From an uncultured Bacteroidota bacterium (GTDB lineage Bacteria; Bacteroidota; Ignavibacteria; UBA10030; UBA6906), in contig CAWEKI010000010.1 of the NCBI GenBank assembly GCA_963809695.1, positions 606,225 through 670,224 of the forward strand: a stretch of DNA of 64,000 bases, in the 5' to 3' direction. Position 1 is the first letter of the stretch. Every line of letters starts with the position of its first letter. The position numbers and the translations under genes are program-made. The notes under the pieces were generated by a model that saw only the letters and a program-made list of their open reading frames with translations, was not told the origin of the DNA and did no database searches. Positions 1 through 9,652 of the stretch are shown piece by piece.

Positions 1-777
1 CCTGCCCAGGCCGAACAATACCGCAACGACGGCCACATCCTCCTTCGCGGCGTCGTATCATCCGAAGAAATTAAATACTTTCGTGCACTCATTGTGGACT
101 ACGTCGATGAGGTGGCACGTACTCATGGCACGCGAGTGCAATTGGAGGACGCGAGCACACTATTTACCCGCGTGACAAATGTCTGGCGCAAAAGCGAAGC
201 GATCCGGGAGTTCGTATTTGCAAAGAGGTTTGCCCGGATGGCCGCACAGCTCATGGGCGTGAGGGGGGTACGCCTCTATCATGACCAGGTCCTGCTGAAG
301 GATCCCGGAAGAAGCCGGACACCATGGCACAAGGACCACTTCTACTGCCCTTTGGCCACTCCACACATCGTCAAAATGTCCCTGGCCATGTCCGATGTGA
401 CACGGGAGATGGGGCCGATGGTTTTTGTGACCGGATCGCACCTGGGCGGGCTGTTTCCGGAGGTCCCATTTTCGCTAAACACCCAGGAGATGTTCAGCCG
501 GGTGATCAGAACCCATAAAATTCCTACCATGACCCATGTCATGAGCTCAGGCGACGCGACTTTTCATTCGGGGGATATTCTCCACTCGGCGATGGAGAAC
601 ATCAGCACCCGGCGCCGGGAGTCTCTCTCAATTGTGTACTATGCCGACACGACGCTGGTCATGGTACCCACACACGAAGCGCGAATGGCGGGAATGAAAG
701 AGTTCTTGCCGGGTCTGGATCCGGGTGACGTTGCCGCGAGCGACCTGAACCCGCTCTTGTATCACTCGACAGAGTGA
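1..777 (+). CDS. Phytanoyl-CoA dioxygenase (PhyH)-family Fe(II)/2-oxoglutarate oxygenase, 5'-truncated by the window edge
   Basis: The frame is open from nt 1 (PAQAEQYRNDGHILLRGVVS...), upstream of the listed ORF 94..777. It has an HKDHFY (HxD) motif, GPMVFVTGSH and a distal His in FHSGDILHSA, which is the typical PhyH layout. Confidence 0.7.
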   Translation, partial: PAQAEQYRNDGHILLRGVVSSEEIKYFRALIVDYVDEVARTHGTRVQLEDASTLFTRVTNVWRKSEAIREFVFAKRFARMAAQLMGVRGVRLYHDQVLLKDPGRSRTPWHKDHFYCPLATPHIVKMSLAMSDVTREMGPMVFVTGSHLGGLFPEVPFSLNTQEMFSRVIRTHKIPTMTHVMSSGDATFHSGDILHSAMENISTRRRESLSIVYYADTTLVMVPTHEARMAGMKEFLPGLDPGDVAASDLNPLLYHSTE

Positions 778-796
778 GCTAATGATGCGGGCGGAG

Positions 797-1726
797 TCAT
801 TCATTGCGTAGAAAAACGTAGTTTTGAATGGTTCGCCGATACAGCGGAAGGATGATGTTCTTCGCGCTCCTGGCTATCCCGGTCCAGTCGGTTACATATC
901 TGTAGTGCAGCTTGGCGGGCAAATTGACGGCCTTCATATTGGCCTGTCCGGCCATGGCAGCAATGGAACGCCTCCGAAAAAGATTAATGTGCTCAAGCGG
1001 CGCGACAGGATTCAGCGAGTTTCGCGACCCTTTCGGAGCATTCCAGTCATTAAGTTGCAGCCTTCGCCTTATGTCTATGGCGGTAGGAACGGATATTTTG
1101 ATGAGGCCCTCCGGTTTCAAGGATTTCCTCAGATGCTGCAAAACCTGCAAGGGCTCCGCAAGGTGTTCAAAAACCTGCTCCGTGTTGATCAGATCAAATT
1201 GATACCGGGGAATATCCGCCCAATCAATAGCCTTGATCCCAATCCCCCTGGCATGTTGGATGAGGACATCGGACAATTCCACGCCGTAACACTCGCATCC
1301 AAACCCTTTGGCCATCAGTACCCAATTCCCCCAACCCATGCCGAAGTCAAGGAGAGTCAAGCGCGAAGGCTTCCCCCCGAAATACCCGATAACCTGCATG
1401 ATTTCCTGCGCGTAGCGTGAATAGAAACCGAGGTCGTCGTGCTGTTTCCACGCCGCTTCAGGTTCTCTCCACTGTTCATACATTTTCTTCATGAGGGACT
1501 CGTTAGGAATTTCTCTCTGAAATACGAGAGCGCAATCGCCGCATTCACAGAGGATGTACTCAGCGTCGCGCAGACAATCAAAGACTTCCCTGCTCTGCGC
1601 CGTGTAGGTGCGAGTAACGTAATGACGGAGCGGATCCTTGTCATATGCGCACTGATAAAGGACGGTGAGAACTTTTGAACTGCATCCGGGACATTGTTCT
1701 CGCTTAAGAAACCAGGAATCGTTCAT
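797..1726 (-). CDS. Class I SAM-dependent methyltransferase with N-terminal Cys-rich zinc-ribbon
   Basis: 309-aa ORF with an ATG start. It has CPGC...CECGDC Cys pairs and then LLDFGMGWGNW...GVELS, the glycine-rich SAM-binding motif I. It converges on the PhyH gene with a 19-nt spacer. Confidence 0.7.
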   Translation of the reverse strand: MNDSWFLKREQCPGCSSKVLTVLYQCAYDKDPLRHYVTRTYTAQSREVFDCLRDAEYILCECGDCALVFQREIPNESLMKKMYEQWREPEAAWKQHDDLGFYSRYAQEIMQVIGYFGGKPSRLTLLDFGMGWGNWVLMAKGFGCECYGVELSDVLIQHARGIGIKAIDWADIPRYQFDLINTEQVFEHLAEPLQVLQHLRKSLKPEGLIKISVPTAIDIRRRLQLNDWNAPKGSRNSLNPVAPLEHINLFRRRSIAAMAGQANMKAVNLPAKLHYRYVTDWTGIARSAKNIILPLYRRTIQNYVFLRNE

Positions 1727-2352
1727 AACTGCCCTTCCGTAGTTGAGGTTCCGCGAGTGAGAAGTGTGACACCGAAAGAACAGGAGTCGAGTCGAACTGC
1801 AGGGGAGTCAAGTCCGAAGACGATTCAGGCAGCGGCGGCGTGGGGTGCGGTACCGTCTGGAATGCAGTGGAAAGCTAGCGAGGACTCCGGAGAATGTCAA
1901 GGACCCGGCCGCCAGGCACATCCTGGCTCGTGTCCCACGTCAATGCGCTCATCGCGACATGGTGAGAAGGGACACTTTCGTTGACCTTTTGCAGGTTGCG
2001 GGCAGGTATCATCGGAGAGGGGAACGGGCAACGCTCTGAGGTGCACGGCCAACCAGGACCGTTCTTTACACCCATCCGTTCAGAAAGGCTTGAATTGAGT
2101 TGGAATACGGCGGCCGTGAGCTGCTTCATATGCGGCAGTGAACCGCGCAAACTCCGCTTTTGCCTCCGAATGTAACCCGTCCTTTCTGGGGGCAAGGGTG
2201 TCAGTCCCCACCGGACGGAAAAAGATTGCGACAGCAATAAAATATCCGGTGATGTGGATGTCAACGGCCAGTCTCGCTTTCGCTGACACGTTGATTCTTA
2301 CCTTATCACCTCAATGCAGGAGTAGGTGGGCAGTAGTACCCATGATTCTTTT

Positions 2353-2556
2353 TCAAGCTCTTGCTGTTGATCGAAGGATTGGCAGCCAAACGAAAGAAAC
2401 GCCTCGGCCGAATGGCCGGGGTCTCTGAACCATACTTGCACACACCAGTCTACGATGCCATTGCTTTCTTGACGGCCCCAACGATGGCCCCGTGAACTCC
2501 AAACCTGGGACGAACAACTTCATGGCAAATTCCTTGAATTCTTTCATCATGCTCAT
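2353..2556 (-). pseudogene. mscL: Possible remnant of an mscL (large-conductance mechanosensitive channel) gene
   Basis: The ORF begins MSMMKEFKEFAMK, matching the highly conserved MscL N-terminus (M..(I/M)KEF(K/R)EFA(M)(K/R)GNV.DLAVG). The expected hydrophobic TM1 is lost in this frame. Only weak MscL-like strings (GAIVGAVKKAMAS, LV.A..M..P.P.G) appear, and they are in shifted frames. Confidence 0.3.
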
Positions 2557-2681
2557 CGTAGTCCTCTCGGTTGTGATTTTGATTTGCAGCCTATGACTGT
2601 TGCGAAGGATGATGCGATGGCACGGGAGGGGGACCAGACAAACTGTCTGGCCCCTTCCAGTGTGGTCGATGTGTGATTTTG

Positions 2682-3080
2682 CTACTTCATCAGTCCTTTG
2701 AGCAAATCCATTCCCTTCGATATGATATCGCTCTGGATGATCTTGCCGTCGGGCGTGAGCTTGTCGACGACCTGGGGGAGGAGCGTTGCGAGCTGAGAGC
2801 TCACTTCCTCCGCCGAGACCCCCGTCTGCGAGGCGAGCTTGCCGATCGTCTTGTCGCCAAGCGCCTGCTTGATCTGTTCGGGCGTGACCGGGAGGTTCTT
2901 GCCCGTGCTGACCCAGGAATTCACAATGTCTCCCAGCCCATTTCCTGCAAACTGTTGGACCAACCCGGCAAGGCCACCTGACTGCTTGTTCCCTAGCATC
3001 GCCACTAGGGCATTCATCAGAGCATTCTGCGTGCTGCCTCCACCGAGAATCTGACCTGTAATGCTATCGAGTATACCCAT
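2682..3080 (-). CDS. YidB/DUF937-family protein
   Basis: I place the start at the ATG at 3080, preceded by GGGAAAGG, rather than at the upstream end of ORF 2682..3164. Motifs are MGILDSITGQILGGG, GGLAGLVQQF..NGLGDIVNSWVSTG.N.PVTPEQI and a C-terminal LLPQVVDKLTPDGKI. Confidence 0.75.
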   Translation of the reverse strand: MGILDSITGQILGGGSTQNALMNALVAMLGNKQSGGLAGLVQQFAGNGLGDIVNSWVSTGKNLPVTPEQIKQALGDKTIGKLASQTGVSAEEVSSQLATLLPQVVDKLTPDGKIIQSDIISKGMDLLKGLMK

Positions 3081-3179
3081 TATCGTACCTTTCCCAATGT
3101 GAAATCGTTGTTTGCCAATTGCCTGCCCAATGTGGGGCGCCGTCAGGGAAGCGAGGCGCCCCACCTGAACACGTCATGC

Positions 3180-4694
3180 TTACTTAGTGCGGAAGAACTC
3201 GATGCGTCGGTTCTTCGACCTGCCGTCAGGCGTCGTATTGTCGCCGATCGGATTCTCAGGGCCATATCCCTTCGTGGTGATGCGTGTCGAATCGACGCCC
3301 TTCATCACCAGCCACGACTTGACGGCTTGCGCACGGGCCAATGAGAGTTTCTTGTTCGATGCGACCTTGCCAACATTGTCCGTGTACCCCCGGATCTCTA
3401 CAGTGACGTCCGGATAAGTCTTGAAGGCGTCAAGCGCTTGCATCAACGTCGTCTCGGACACCGGATCGATAGTCGACTTGCCCGACTTGAATACGATGCC
3501 TTCGAGCACCATTGCCTTGCCGACTTCGAGCTTGGGTTTCGGCACGTCATCGTTCGGGTCGAGCGGGTTCGTGCCATTTGCGATCTCTTTACCGTCGTTC
3601 ACGGTGCCGCCATCGGTGTCCGCCTTCAGCGGATCGGTTTTGTACCTCATGATTTCGTCGCTGTCACTGAGACCATCGCCATCGGTATCGGTCTTCAGCG
3701 GGTCGGTCTTGTATTTCAAGACCTCATCGCCGTCGCTCAGTCCGTCGCCGTCGGTGTCCGTCTTGAGAGGATCGGTCTTATACTGGGTAACTTCTGCGGC
3801 GTCGGTCAGGCCGTCACCGTCCGTGTCCGTTTTGAGAGGATCGGTGTGGTACTTCATGATCTCGTCGCCGTCACTCAGGCCGTCGCCATCAGAATCTGCC
3901 TTGAGCGGATCTGTATGGGTCTTCGTCACTTCTTCATAGTCGGTCAGCCCATCACCGTCGGTATCCGCCTTGTTGGGATCGGTGCCTATCTTCTGTTCGT
4001 AGCCATTCGTCAACCCATCGCCGTCATTGTCATCATCCGGGCTGCTTCCGACGTAGAAGGAAACACCTACCCTTGCGGTGGGATACCAGTCTGTTCCCAG
4101 CCAGTTCATTGAGCCCTTCGCCCAATTGTCAGAATAGGTGTCAAGGATTCGTGCTCCGAGGTCAAGGTTAAAAGCAACGTGCTTTGACACTGCCGCCTCG
4201 AGTCCGATTCCAACGGGGACATGAATAGAGGTGTAGCTCTTGTTCTCGGGATAGTACGTTCCGCCTTCAACCTTTCTCTTGTAGAAGAACCCGCCAACCC
4301 CGGCGTACACATACATTGATAGAGGCTTTCCGGGAGAGAAATGATACCAGGCAGCCAGGTCTCCGCTGTATCCCTTCGCCTCGATGTACACGTGTTTCAG
4401 ATAGGGATCCGCAGGGTTGTAGTAGTTGGTGTTCTTGGACTGGAGCGCGTCATATCCCGCCATCAGACCGAGAGAGAACTTGCGACTGAGCCCATAGCGC
4501 AGGATTGCATTGACTCCGCCGGAAACATCGTTTGTGTTGTAATCATTGAGCCAGATGTTTCCGCCCCCTTGAAAATCAATGGACCATCGGCCGTATCGGT
4601 TGAACCAGCCCGGGCTTGGCTCAGGCATCTCCTGCGAGAGGCCAAGCTGTGCTGCGACCGCAAGCAGGAACACAATGAGAATGGATTTCTTCAT
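3180..4694 (-). CDS. OmpA-family outer-membrane protein with an N-terminal beta-barrel, thrombospondin type-3 Ca-binding repeats and a C-terminal OmpA/MotB peptidoglycan-binding domain
   Basis: It has a signal peptide (MKKSILIVFLLAVAAQLGLSQ), an aromatic-rich barrel region, about six DTDGDGLSDGDE repeats and a C-terminal VEIRGYTDNVG...NKKLSLARAQAVKSWL...NRRIEF. An AAGGAG RBS precedes the start. Confidence 0.85.
   Translation of the reverse strand: MKKSILIVFLLAVAAQLGLSQEMPEPSPGWFNRYGRWSIDFQGGGNIWLNDYNTNDVSGGVNAILRYGLSRKFSLGLMAGYDALQSKNTNYYNPADPYLKHVYIEAKGYSGDLAAWYHFSPGKPLSMYVYAGVGGFFYKRKVEGGTYYPENKSYTSIHVPVGIGLEAAVSKHVAFNLDLGARILDTYSDNWAKGSMNWLGTDWYPTARVGVSFYVGSSPDDDNDGDGLTNGYEQKIGTDPNKADTDGDGLTDYEEVTKTHTDPLKADSDGDGLSDGDEIMKYHTDPLKTDTDGDGLTDAAEVTQYKTDPLKTDTDGDGLSDGDEVLKYKTDPLKTDTDGDGLSDSDEIMRYKTDPLKADTDGGTVNDGKEIANGTNPLDPNDDVPKPKLEVGKAMVLEGIVFKSGKSTIDPVSETTLMQALDAFKTYPDVTVEIRGYTDNVGKVASNKKLSLARAQAVKSWLVMKGVDSTRITTKGYGPENPIGDNTTPDGRSKNRRIEFFRTK
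3546..4040 (-). repeat. In-frame tandem 69-nt (23-aa) repeats encoding the TSP3 units of the OmpA-family protein
   Basis: The protein repeats the unit DPLK(T/A)DTDGDGLSD(G/S)DE(V/I)(L/M)KYKT about six times (residues ~219-383). This is coding periodicity, not a CRISPR array or satellite. Confidence 0.8.
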
Positions 4695-4929
4695 TGCCGT
4701 ATTCTCCTTAGGTTGTTTGTCCGCGATGGATGGAGAGTGTGCTGATAACGCATCAGAGCGTCGCCAATGCCGTGCCAGAACGGTCTCAAAGGATAAATCC
4801 TCGGTAAAACTTTAGATCATAAAGAGATAAAAAAACTTAGTCAACGGGGGCACAGGATCATATTGCCGGATGAAACCGCGATATATCGTTACTCCGCGCT
4901 ATTTCGACGTATGTTCAGTCTCAAACCCA

Positions 4930-5177
4930 TCATAAAACAGGGCCCGGCAAATATCGTCGGGCCTGATTTTGTCGGCCGCCGCAGCGGGAATATTTCAGAA
5001 GGCCCTTCAGCAGGTTCATCGCTTGTGAGGATATGTCGCCCTGCGGAATCTTTCCGTCTGGCGTCAGCTTGTCGATTACGCCTGGCAGTAGATTTGCAGG
5101 TTGTGGAGATGAGTCTGTTTTTCGCCGCCACGAAGCGAGTCGAGCGGGCTTCCGGCAATGTCTTCAAGAAAACCCAT
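4930..5177 (-). pseudogene. Frameshifted, shortened DUF937 (YidB-like) paralogue
   Basis: One minus frame from the ATG at 5177 reads MGFLEDIAGSPLDSLRGGEKQ..., compare MGILDSITGQILGGG of the 2682..3080 gene. A different frame then reads ..ANLLPGVIDKLTPDGKIPQGDISSQAMNLLKGLLK, compare LLPQVVDKLTPDGKIIQSDIISKGMDLLKGLMK. The central region is missing. Confidence 0.35.
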
Positions 5178-5204
5178 ATCAGGAATATCCTGCATTCAAA
5201 AAGC

Positions 5205-5579
5205 TCACGGGTTGGGTATCTTCAGTTTCTGGCCGACCTTGATCAAGTCGGGATTTTTCAGGATGTCCGTGTTGGCATTGAAGATCGCCATGTATTTGTC
5301 AGCGCTGCCAAGGTGCTTTTTTGCGATCTTCGAGAGCGAATCGCCGGACTGCACGGCATACACACCAAGGATATCGGTCTTCTCGACGGTAAGGTCGACG
5401 GCGAGCTCGTTTTCCCAGCCGGGCATTGTCTTGATCTTGTCCCACACGAGGTTCTTTTCCAATTGATAGGGAGATGCCCCTTTGACCGTCAACTTGCCGC
5501 CTTCTTCCGCGACACTTGCCAGCTTCACGCCGAGTGTTGCCGCAACGTCAAGCACTGGTTGATACTTCTCTTTTAGCAT
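5205..5579 (-). CDS. LysM peptidoglycan-binding domain protein (BON-like N-terminus plus C-terminal LysM; YgaU/Kbp-like architecture)
   Basis: C-terminal LysM signature YAVQSGDSLSKIAKKHLG...Y..IF.AN...L.NPDLIKVGQKLKIP. I prefer the ATG at 5579 (RBS AAAGGATGAG) over the GTG at 5624 used in the ORF track. Confidence 0.7.
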   Translation of the reverse strand: MLKEKYQPVLDVAATLGVKLASVAEEGGKLTVKGASPYQLEKNLVWDKIKTMPGWENELAVDLTVEKTDILGVYAVQSGDSLSKIAKKHLGSADKYMAIFNANTDILKNPDLIKVGQKLKIPNP

Positions 5580-5620
5580 GATCTCATCCTTTCTATCCAA
5601 TTTGAGCAATGGCTGCTTCT

Positions 5621-5770
5621 TCACTTTCTTTTCTTCTCGCTGTTGCTCTTGCGTTTCATATCCATGCTGTGTGCACGCTTGTAAGTCTGGATGTCAACGA
5701 ACCTCCCTTTCTTGTCGCGGACGGCATAGAGTTTTGTCCCGCTTGAACTACGGTGAGTCGTTCGTTTCAT
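5621..5770 (-). CDS. Small basic protein, 49 aa (below the ORF-track size cut-off)
   Basis: My translation is MKRTTHRSSSGTKLYAVRDKKGRFVDIQTYKRAHSMDMKRKSNSEKKRK, ending in TGA. A strong RBS (AAAGGAGGACCAC) precedes the ATG at 5770. The sequence resembles a widespread family of small basic proteins with ...KLYAVRD..GRF.DIQTYKRAH... Confidence 0.6.
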   Translation of the reverse strand: MKRTTHRSSSGTKLYAVRDKKGRFVDIQTYKRAHSMDMKRKSNSEKKRK

Positions 5771-6093
5771 GTGGTCCTCCTTTGAAAAAGAAAAAATGAC
5801 TCTCAGGTTGCGTTTGACGCAGGAGAGAGATCGTCCGGTATGATTTCTCGGCTAGGATATCGGGCGGTCTGTGCTTTTGCATCAAACACGACTGCCTTTC
5901 TCTGAGGGGTGGGCTGACCCAATATACGTCGGCGAGGTCGGTAAATCAACTCCGCCCTGCCCAAAAACCCAAAACTGTGCAATCGGGGACAGGAGAAATG
6001 TGTAATGTGCGTGTCCTGGGGCTGATTTTCCCGAAGGGCCGAAGGACTCCTACTTGTTGGATCGAGCATTTGTCTTGACATGTGGACGAAGAG

Positions 6094-8409
6094 TCACGGC
6101 TTGTATGCCAGCCGTTTCGTGAATCGTGCAAGGAAATGGAGAGCCCGCGAGACCGGACTCCCCTCTGTCTCCTTCGCGGAGGAGGCCGCCGCCAGCGTGG
6201 AAAGCACCCGGTGGACCTCTTCCACGTCACTGCAATTGTACTTCGCAAGACTGTGTGCAATACCCACTTTTATGGAATGCGCCCAGTCAGGGAGAACAGC
6301 GAAAAGATCTTCATCTGTTTTGTCATCACCAACAGCAAGAATGAAATCATACGCGCCTCCTGCGATCAAGTCTCGCGCAATAGTCCCTTTGTTGATTCCG
6401 GCGACACGGATCTCGATCGCTTTGTTCGCTTGCATGACCTGGACATCGACGTTTCCGGTAAGAGCGTTGAGGTTATCCGCCAACTCATGGGCAAAGGTCT
6501 CTCCCTGCTCGGGCTCGGCACCCCGGTAGTGCCACACCAGCGAATACTCCTTCTCTTCGACCGTTGTCCCGGGCAGTCGATCCGCAAAGAGATGCAGTAT
6601 CGGCAAGAGAAGGTTCTTCCAGTCTCCCGGAATTGCCTTCATGGAGTGCCATTCATTTCCTGGCGTTCTTGCGAGAAACCCGTGCTCGGCAACCAGGTGA
6701 ATCGGGAGAGCCCCAAACCAGGTTTCAAGTGCCTGGCGATCCCTGCCGCTGATCAGCACGACGTGATTGGCAGGGTCGTCAGCGAGTTTCTGCAGGAGAG
6801 AAACCACTTTGGGGCCTGGTTGCGCCAGGGAATAATCACGGACGAAGGGCACCAGTGTGCCATCGTAATCGAGGAGAAGAAGCCGTTTTGCACTTTTTCG
6901 GTACTCGTTGAGGACCAGCTTGCGCTCTGCGCCGGCGAGGCCCTTGGTTTCGTACTTCCTTTTCGTTTCGACAGTCCCGAGAGTCGCCTGCACGAAGTCG
7001 TTTGCCCAACGATGGACAGTATAGCGCTGCAACCGCGCTTGCATGGTCCGTAACCGCCACTCCTGCTCTTCCTGGGAGATATTCAACGCCGTCGAAATTG
7101 CGGCGGCGATTTCGTTGCAGTGATTTGGGTTGACGAGGACTGCTTCACCCAACTCCTTCGCCGCTCCTGCCATTTCACTGAGGATGAGCACGCCGCGGCC
7201 GGAGGTCCGGGCTGCGACGTACTCTTTCGCCACGAGGTTCATTCCATCCCGCAACGGCGTCACCATGGCTACGTCGCTGGCGACGTAAAGAGCTACAAGC
7301 GGTGCGAGCGGCACATATCGGTATTGGTAGACCACCGGCGTCCATCCAATGTTGCCATGTTTGCCGTTTATCCTGCCGACCAGTTCTTCAAGCTGCCGCT
7401 TCATAAGATCGTACTGATCGACACCGATGCGGGATGGAACCACGACCAACACCAGAACGATTTTCCCACGCCACTCCGGGTTATGTTCGAGGAACAGGTC
7501 AAATCCCTCAAGACGGTTGAGAATCCCCTTGGTGTAATCAAGGCGATCGGCAGAAAGGATAACGCGGACATCCCCCAGAGAGGCGCGCAGCCGGGATACT
7601 TCAGCCTGAACTTCCGGCGAAGACGCTGCCGCGGAATATTTTTCGTAATCGATACCCATGGGAAAGGTGTCCGCCTTCACTGTCCTATCGGGGAGGAGGA
7701 TCTGCCCTATATTGTTGCCGTGCCCAAGGATACGCAGAACACTCTGAAGAAAATGTTGGGTATACTCGTACGTATGGAAACCGACCAAGTCTGCACCGAG
7801 AAGGCCTTCAAGAAGTTCCTTTCTCCACACACTCGGGAGCAAGCGAAAGATCTCATAAGAGGGAAAGGGTATGTGGAGAAAGAACCCGATCTGAACGGAC
7901 GGTATCCGTTCTCTCAGGAGGCGCGGGAGGAGCATCAAGTGGTAGTCATGAATCCATACAAGATCGCCTGGCTTCAGAATAGCCAGAAGCGCATCGCGGA
8001 ATCGTTCGTTCGCGCTTTTATATGTGTGCCACATTGATTCGTCATAAACCGTCTGCGACGGGAACGAATGGAATAAGGGCCAGATCGTCTTGTTGCAGAA
8101 GCCCAGATAGAACCGATCCATCTCCTCTTCCGAGAGAAACACGGGAACGGAATGGTATTGTGTCAACGCACGTTTGGATATCTCCTGTTGTGCGCCTGGC
8201 TCGATCGTTGCGCCTGGCCAACCGACCCAGAGATACTCGGCCGGGGCATCTGGATCAGACCCGATTGACGTGAGGTAGGAAGAAAGTCCGGTCACGACCC
8301 CCCCTGTGGTCTCATGGTATTCGTAGCCGCCGTCAGATCGCACAACGGAAAAAGGGAGGCGATTTGACACAATGACAAAGCGGCGACTGTTTGATGGCTT
8401 GCCTTTCAT
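6094..8409 (-). CDS. otsA: Bifunctional trehalose-6-phosphate synthase/phosphatase (GT20 OtsA domain fused to a HAD OtsB domain)
   Basis: 771 aa. The N-terminus is [12 protein letters not shown]...WVGWPG...[12 protein letters not shown]...[11 protein letters not shown] (GT20). The C-terminal part is [13 protein letters not shown]...VVLISGR...[12 protein letters not shown] (HAD phosphatase motifs I-III). An AAGGAG RBS precedes the start. Confidence 0.9.
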   Translation of the reverse strand: MKGKPSNSRRFVIVSNRLPFSVVRSDGGYEYHETTGGVVTGLSSYLTSIGSDPDAPAEYLWVGWPGATIEPGAQQEISKRALTQYHSVPVFLSEEEMDRFYLGFCNKTIWPLFHSFPSQTVYDESMWHTYKSANERFRDALLAILKPGDLVWIHDYHLMLLPRLLRERIPSVQIGFFLHIPFPSYEIFRLLPSVWRKELLEGLLGADLVGFHTYEYTQHFLQSVLRILGHGNNIGQILLPDRTVKADTFPMGIDYEKYSAAASSPEVQAEVSRLRASLGDVRVILSADRLDYTKGILNRLEGFDLFLEHNPEWRGKIVLVLVVVPSRIGVDQYDLMKRQLEELVGRINGKHGNIGWTPVVYQYRYVPLAPLVALYVASDVAMVTPLRDGMNLVAKEYVAARTSGRGVLILSEMAGAAKELGEAVLVNPNHCNEIAAAISTALNISQEEQEWRLRTMQARLQRYTVHRWANDFVQATLGTVETKRKYETKGLAGAERKLVLNEYRKSAKRLLLLDYDGTLVPFVRDYSLAQPGPKVVSLLQKLADDPANHVVLISGRDRQALETWFGALPIHLVAEHGFLARTPGNEWHSMKAIPGDWKNLLLPILHLFADRLPGTTVEEKEYSLVWHYRGAEPEQGETFAHELADNLNALTGNVDVQVMQANKAIEIRVAGINKGTIARDLIAGGAYDFILAVGDDKTDEDLFAVLPDWAHSIKVGIAHSLAKYNCSDVEEVHRVLSTLAAASSAKETEGSPVSRALHFLARFTKRLAYKP

Positions 8410-8431
8410 GGCATGCTCCTTGTCTCGACCG

Positions 8432-9652
8432 TCATTCCAGATACGTCACATCTCCGCGATTGGCCATCGAGAGAAAGAGCATCAAATAGTCTTTGATATG
8501 ACGGGTGATAAGAAAATTGTTTTTGATATGCTCTCGCCCGTTCTCCCCCAGTCTGCGAGCATAAACGGGGTCGTTGATGAGCCGCTTGATCCATTCGGCG
8601 GTTCCTTCAATCGAATGTGTAAGGATGCCTGAATATTTATGCGCTATCTGAAGCGGAATACCGCCCACGGCACCTGCGATCACCGGACGCGACTTCCAGA
8701 GAGCCTCTGCAACCGTCAGTCCGAATCCTTCGCGAAGTGATTTCTGGAGAACGATTGTGGACCCACGCTGTAGGGCGTTGACCTCGATATCGCTGGAGGG
8801 AGGCAAAAAGACGACATGGATATCTTTGTCTTTGTCCGCCTCCTCCCGTACCTGCCGCATAAGGGCGGGACCCTCGGGGTCGTCTATCGCACCGCCACCT
8901 GCTAGCACCAACTGACAGTTGACACGCCGCCGCGCAAGGCGGAAAGCCTTTATCACGCCGAGCGGATCCTTGAGAAAATCGAACCTCGAGACTTGCGTGA
9001 CCACGGGACGCGACCGGTCAATCCCAAAACGCTCAAACACTCCGTCGACCTCCCGGTCCGAAAGCTCCCGGTTCTTGTCGCTGAGTGGATCAATGGATGG
9101 GGAAATCAGGACCTGACGGATCGGCAAGGACCGGCCAAATGCCGGTGCTGAAAACACCGCCGCATCATACTGGCGCACATACTGTTCAAGAAACTGCCAG
9201 ATCCGTCGATCAGGCTGCGAGAAATCGATATGACAACGCCAGATCCAGTGTCGCCCCTGGCTGGATCGCTCACGCACCAGTGCGATCGGCTGAGGATCGT
9301 GCACAAACACGATATCGCCAAATTGCATATCCGCGGCATTCTGGCGGTTTACTTCGACGAACAGATCCAGTTCTCCGGGACTGATGTCCGTGGGAACACC
9401 ATGCAAAGCATTGTGGAACTTCTTCGTGATAACAAAGAAGCGTTCGTCACCCTTGATGACATCCCACCTTGCTTCAACTCCAAGTTGCTTAAGGAGAGGA
9501 ACCATTCTGCTCAGAATCTCCGCGACGCCGCCCCCAACGGGAGTCGAGTTGATGTTCTGAACAACTCTTCCGCGCAGATGTCGGGCCAGGTGGAAGAGCT
9601 CTTGAATGTCTGCCGCGCCGACAACTGCCCCATAATCTTCAATTGTGATCAT
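8432..9652 (-). CDS. treT: Trehalose glycosyltransferring synthase (TreT, GT4 family)
   Basis: 406 aa. Long collinear motif matches to archaeal/bacterial TreT: NSTPVGGGVAEIL..MVPLL..LGVEARW.VI.G...FF.ITKKFHNALHG, HDPQP, WIWRCHID, SPSIDPLS.KN, VTQVSRFD, DDPEG, SLREGFGLTV.EALWK..PVI...VGGI. It lies 22 nt upstream of the otsA fusion gene. Confidence 0.8.
   Translation of the reverse strand: MITIEDYGAVVGAADIQELFHLARHLRGRVVQNINSTPVGGGVAEILSRMVPLLKQLGVEARWDVIKGDERFFVITKKFHNALHGVPTDISPGELDLFVEVNRQNAADMQFGDIVFVHDPQPIALVRERSSQGRHWIWRCHIDFSQPDRRIWQFLEQYVRQYDAAVFSAPAFGRSLPIRQVLISPSIDPLSDKNRELSDREVDGVFERFGIDRSRPVVTQVSRFDFLKDPLGVIKAFRLARRRVNCQLVLAGGGAIDDPEGPALMRQVREEADKDKDIHVVFLPPSSDIEVNALQRGSTIVLQKSLREGFGLTVAEALWKSRPVIAGAVGGIPLQIAHKYSGILTHSIEGTAEWIKRLINDPVYARRLGENGREHIKNNFLITRHIKDYLMLFLSMANRGDVTYLE

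Noticed and set aside
3546-4040. Regular ~69-nt periodic repeats could be mistaken for a CRISPR array or satellite.
   Set aside because: The period is in frame and encodes thrombospondin type-3 Ca-binding repeats inside the OmpA-family gene. There are no unique spacers of CRISPR type.
4863-5576. 237-aa plus-strand ORF overlapping the LysM gene.
   Set aside because: It lies antisense to a gene with a clear LysM signature and a good RBS, and it has no motifs of its own.
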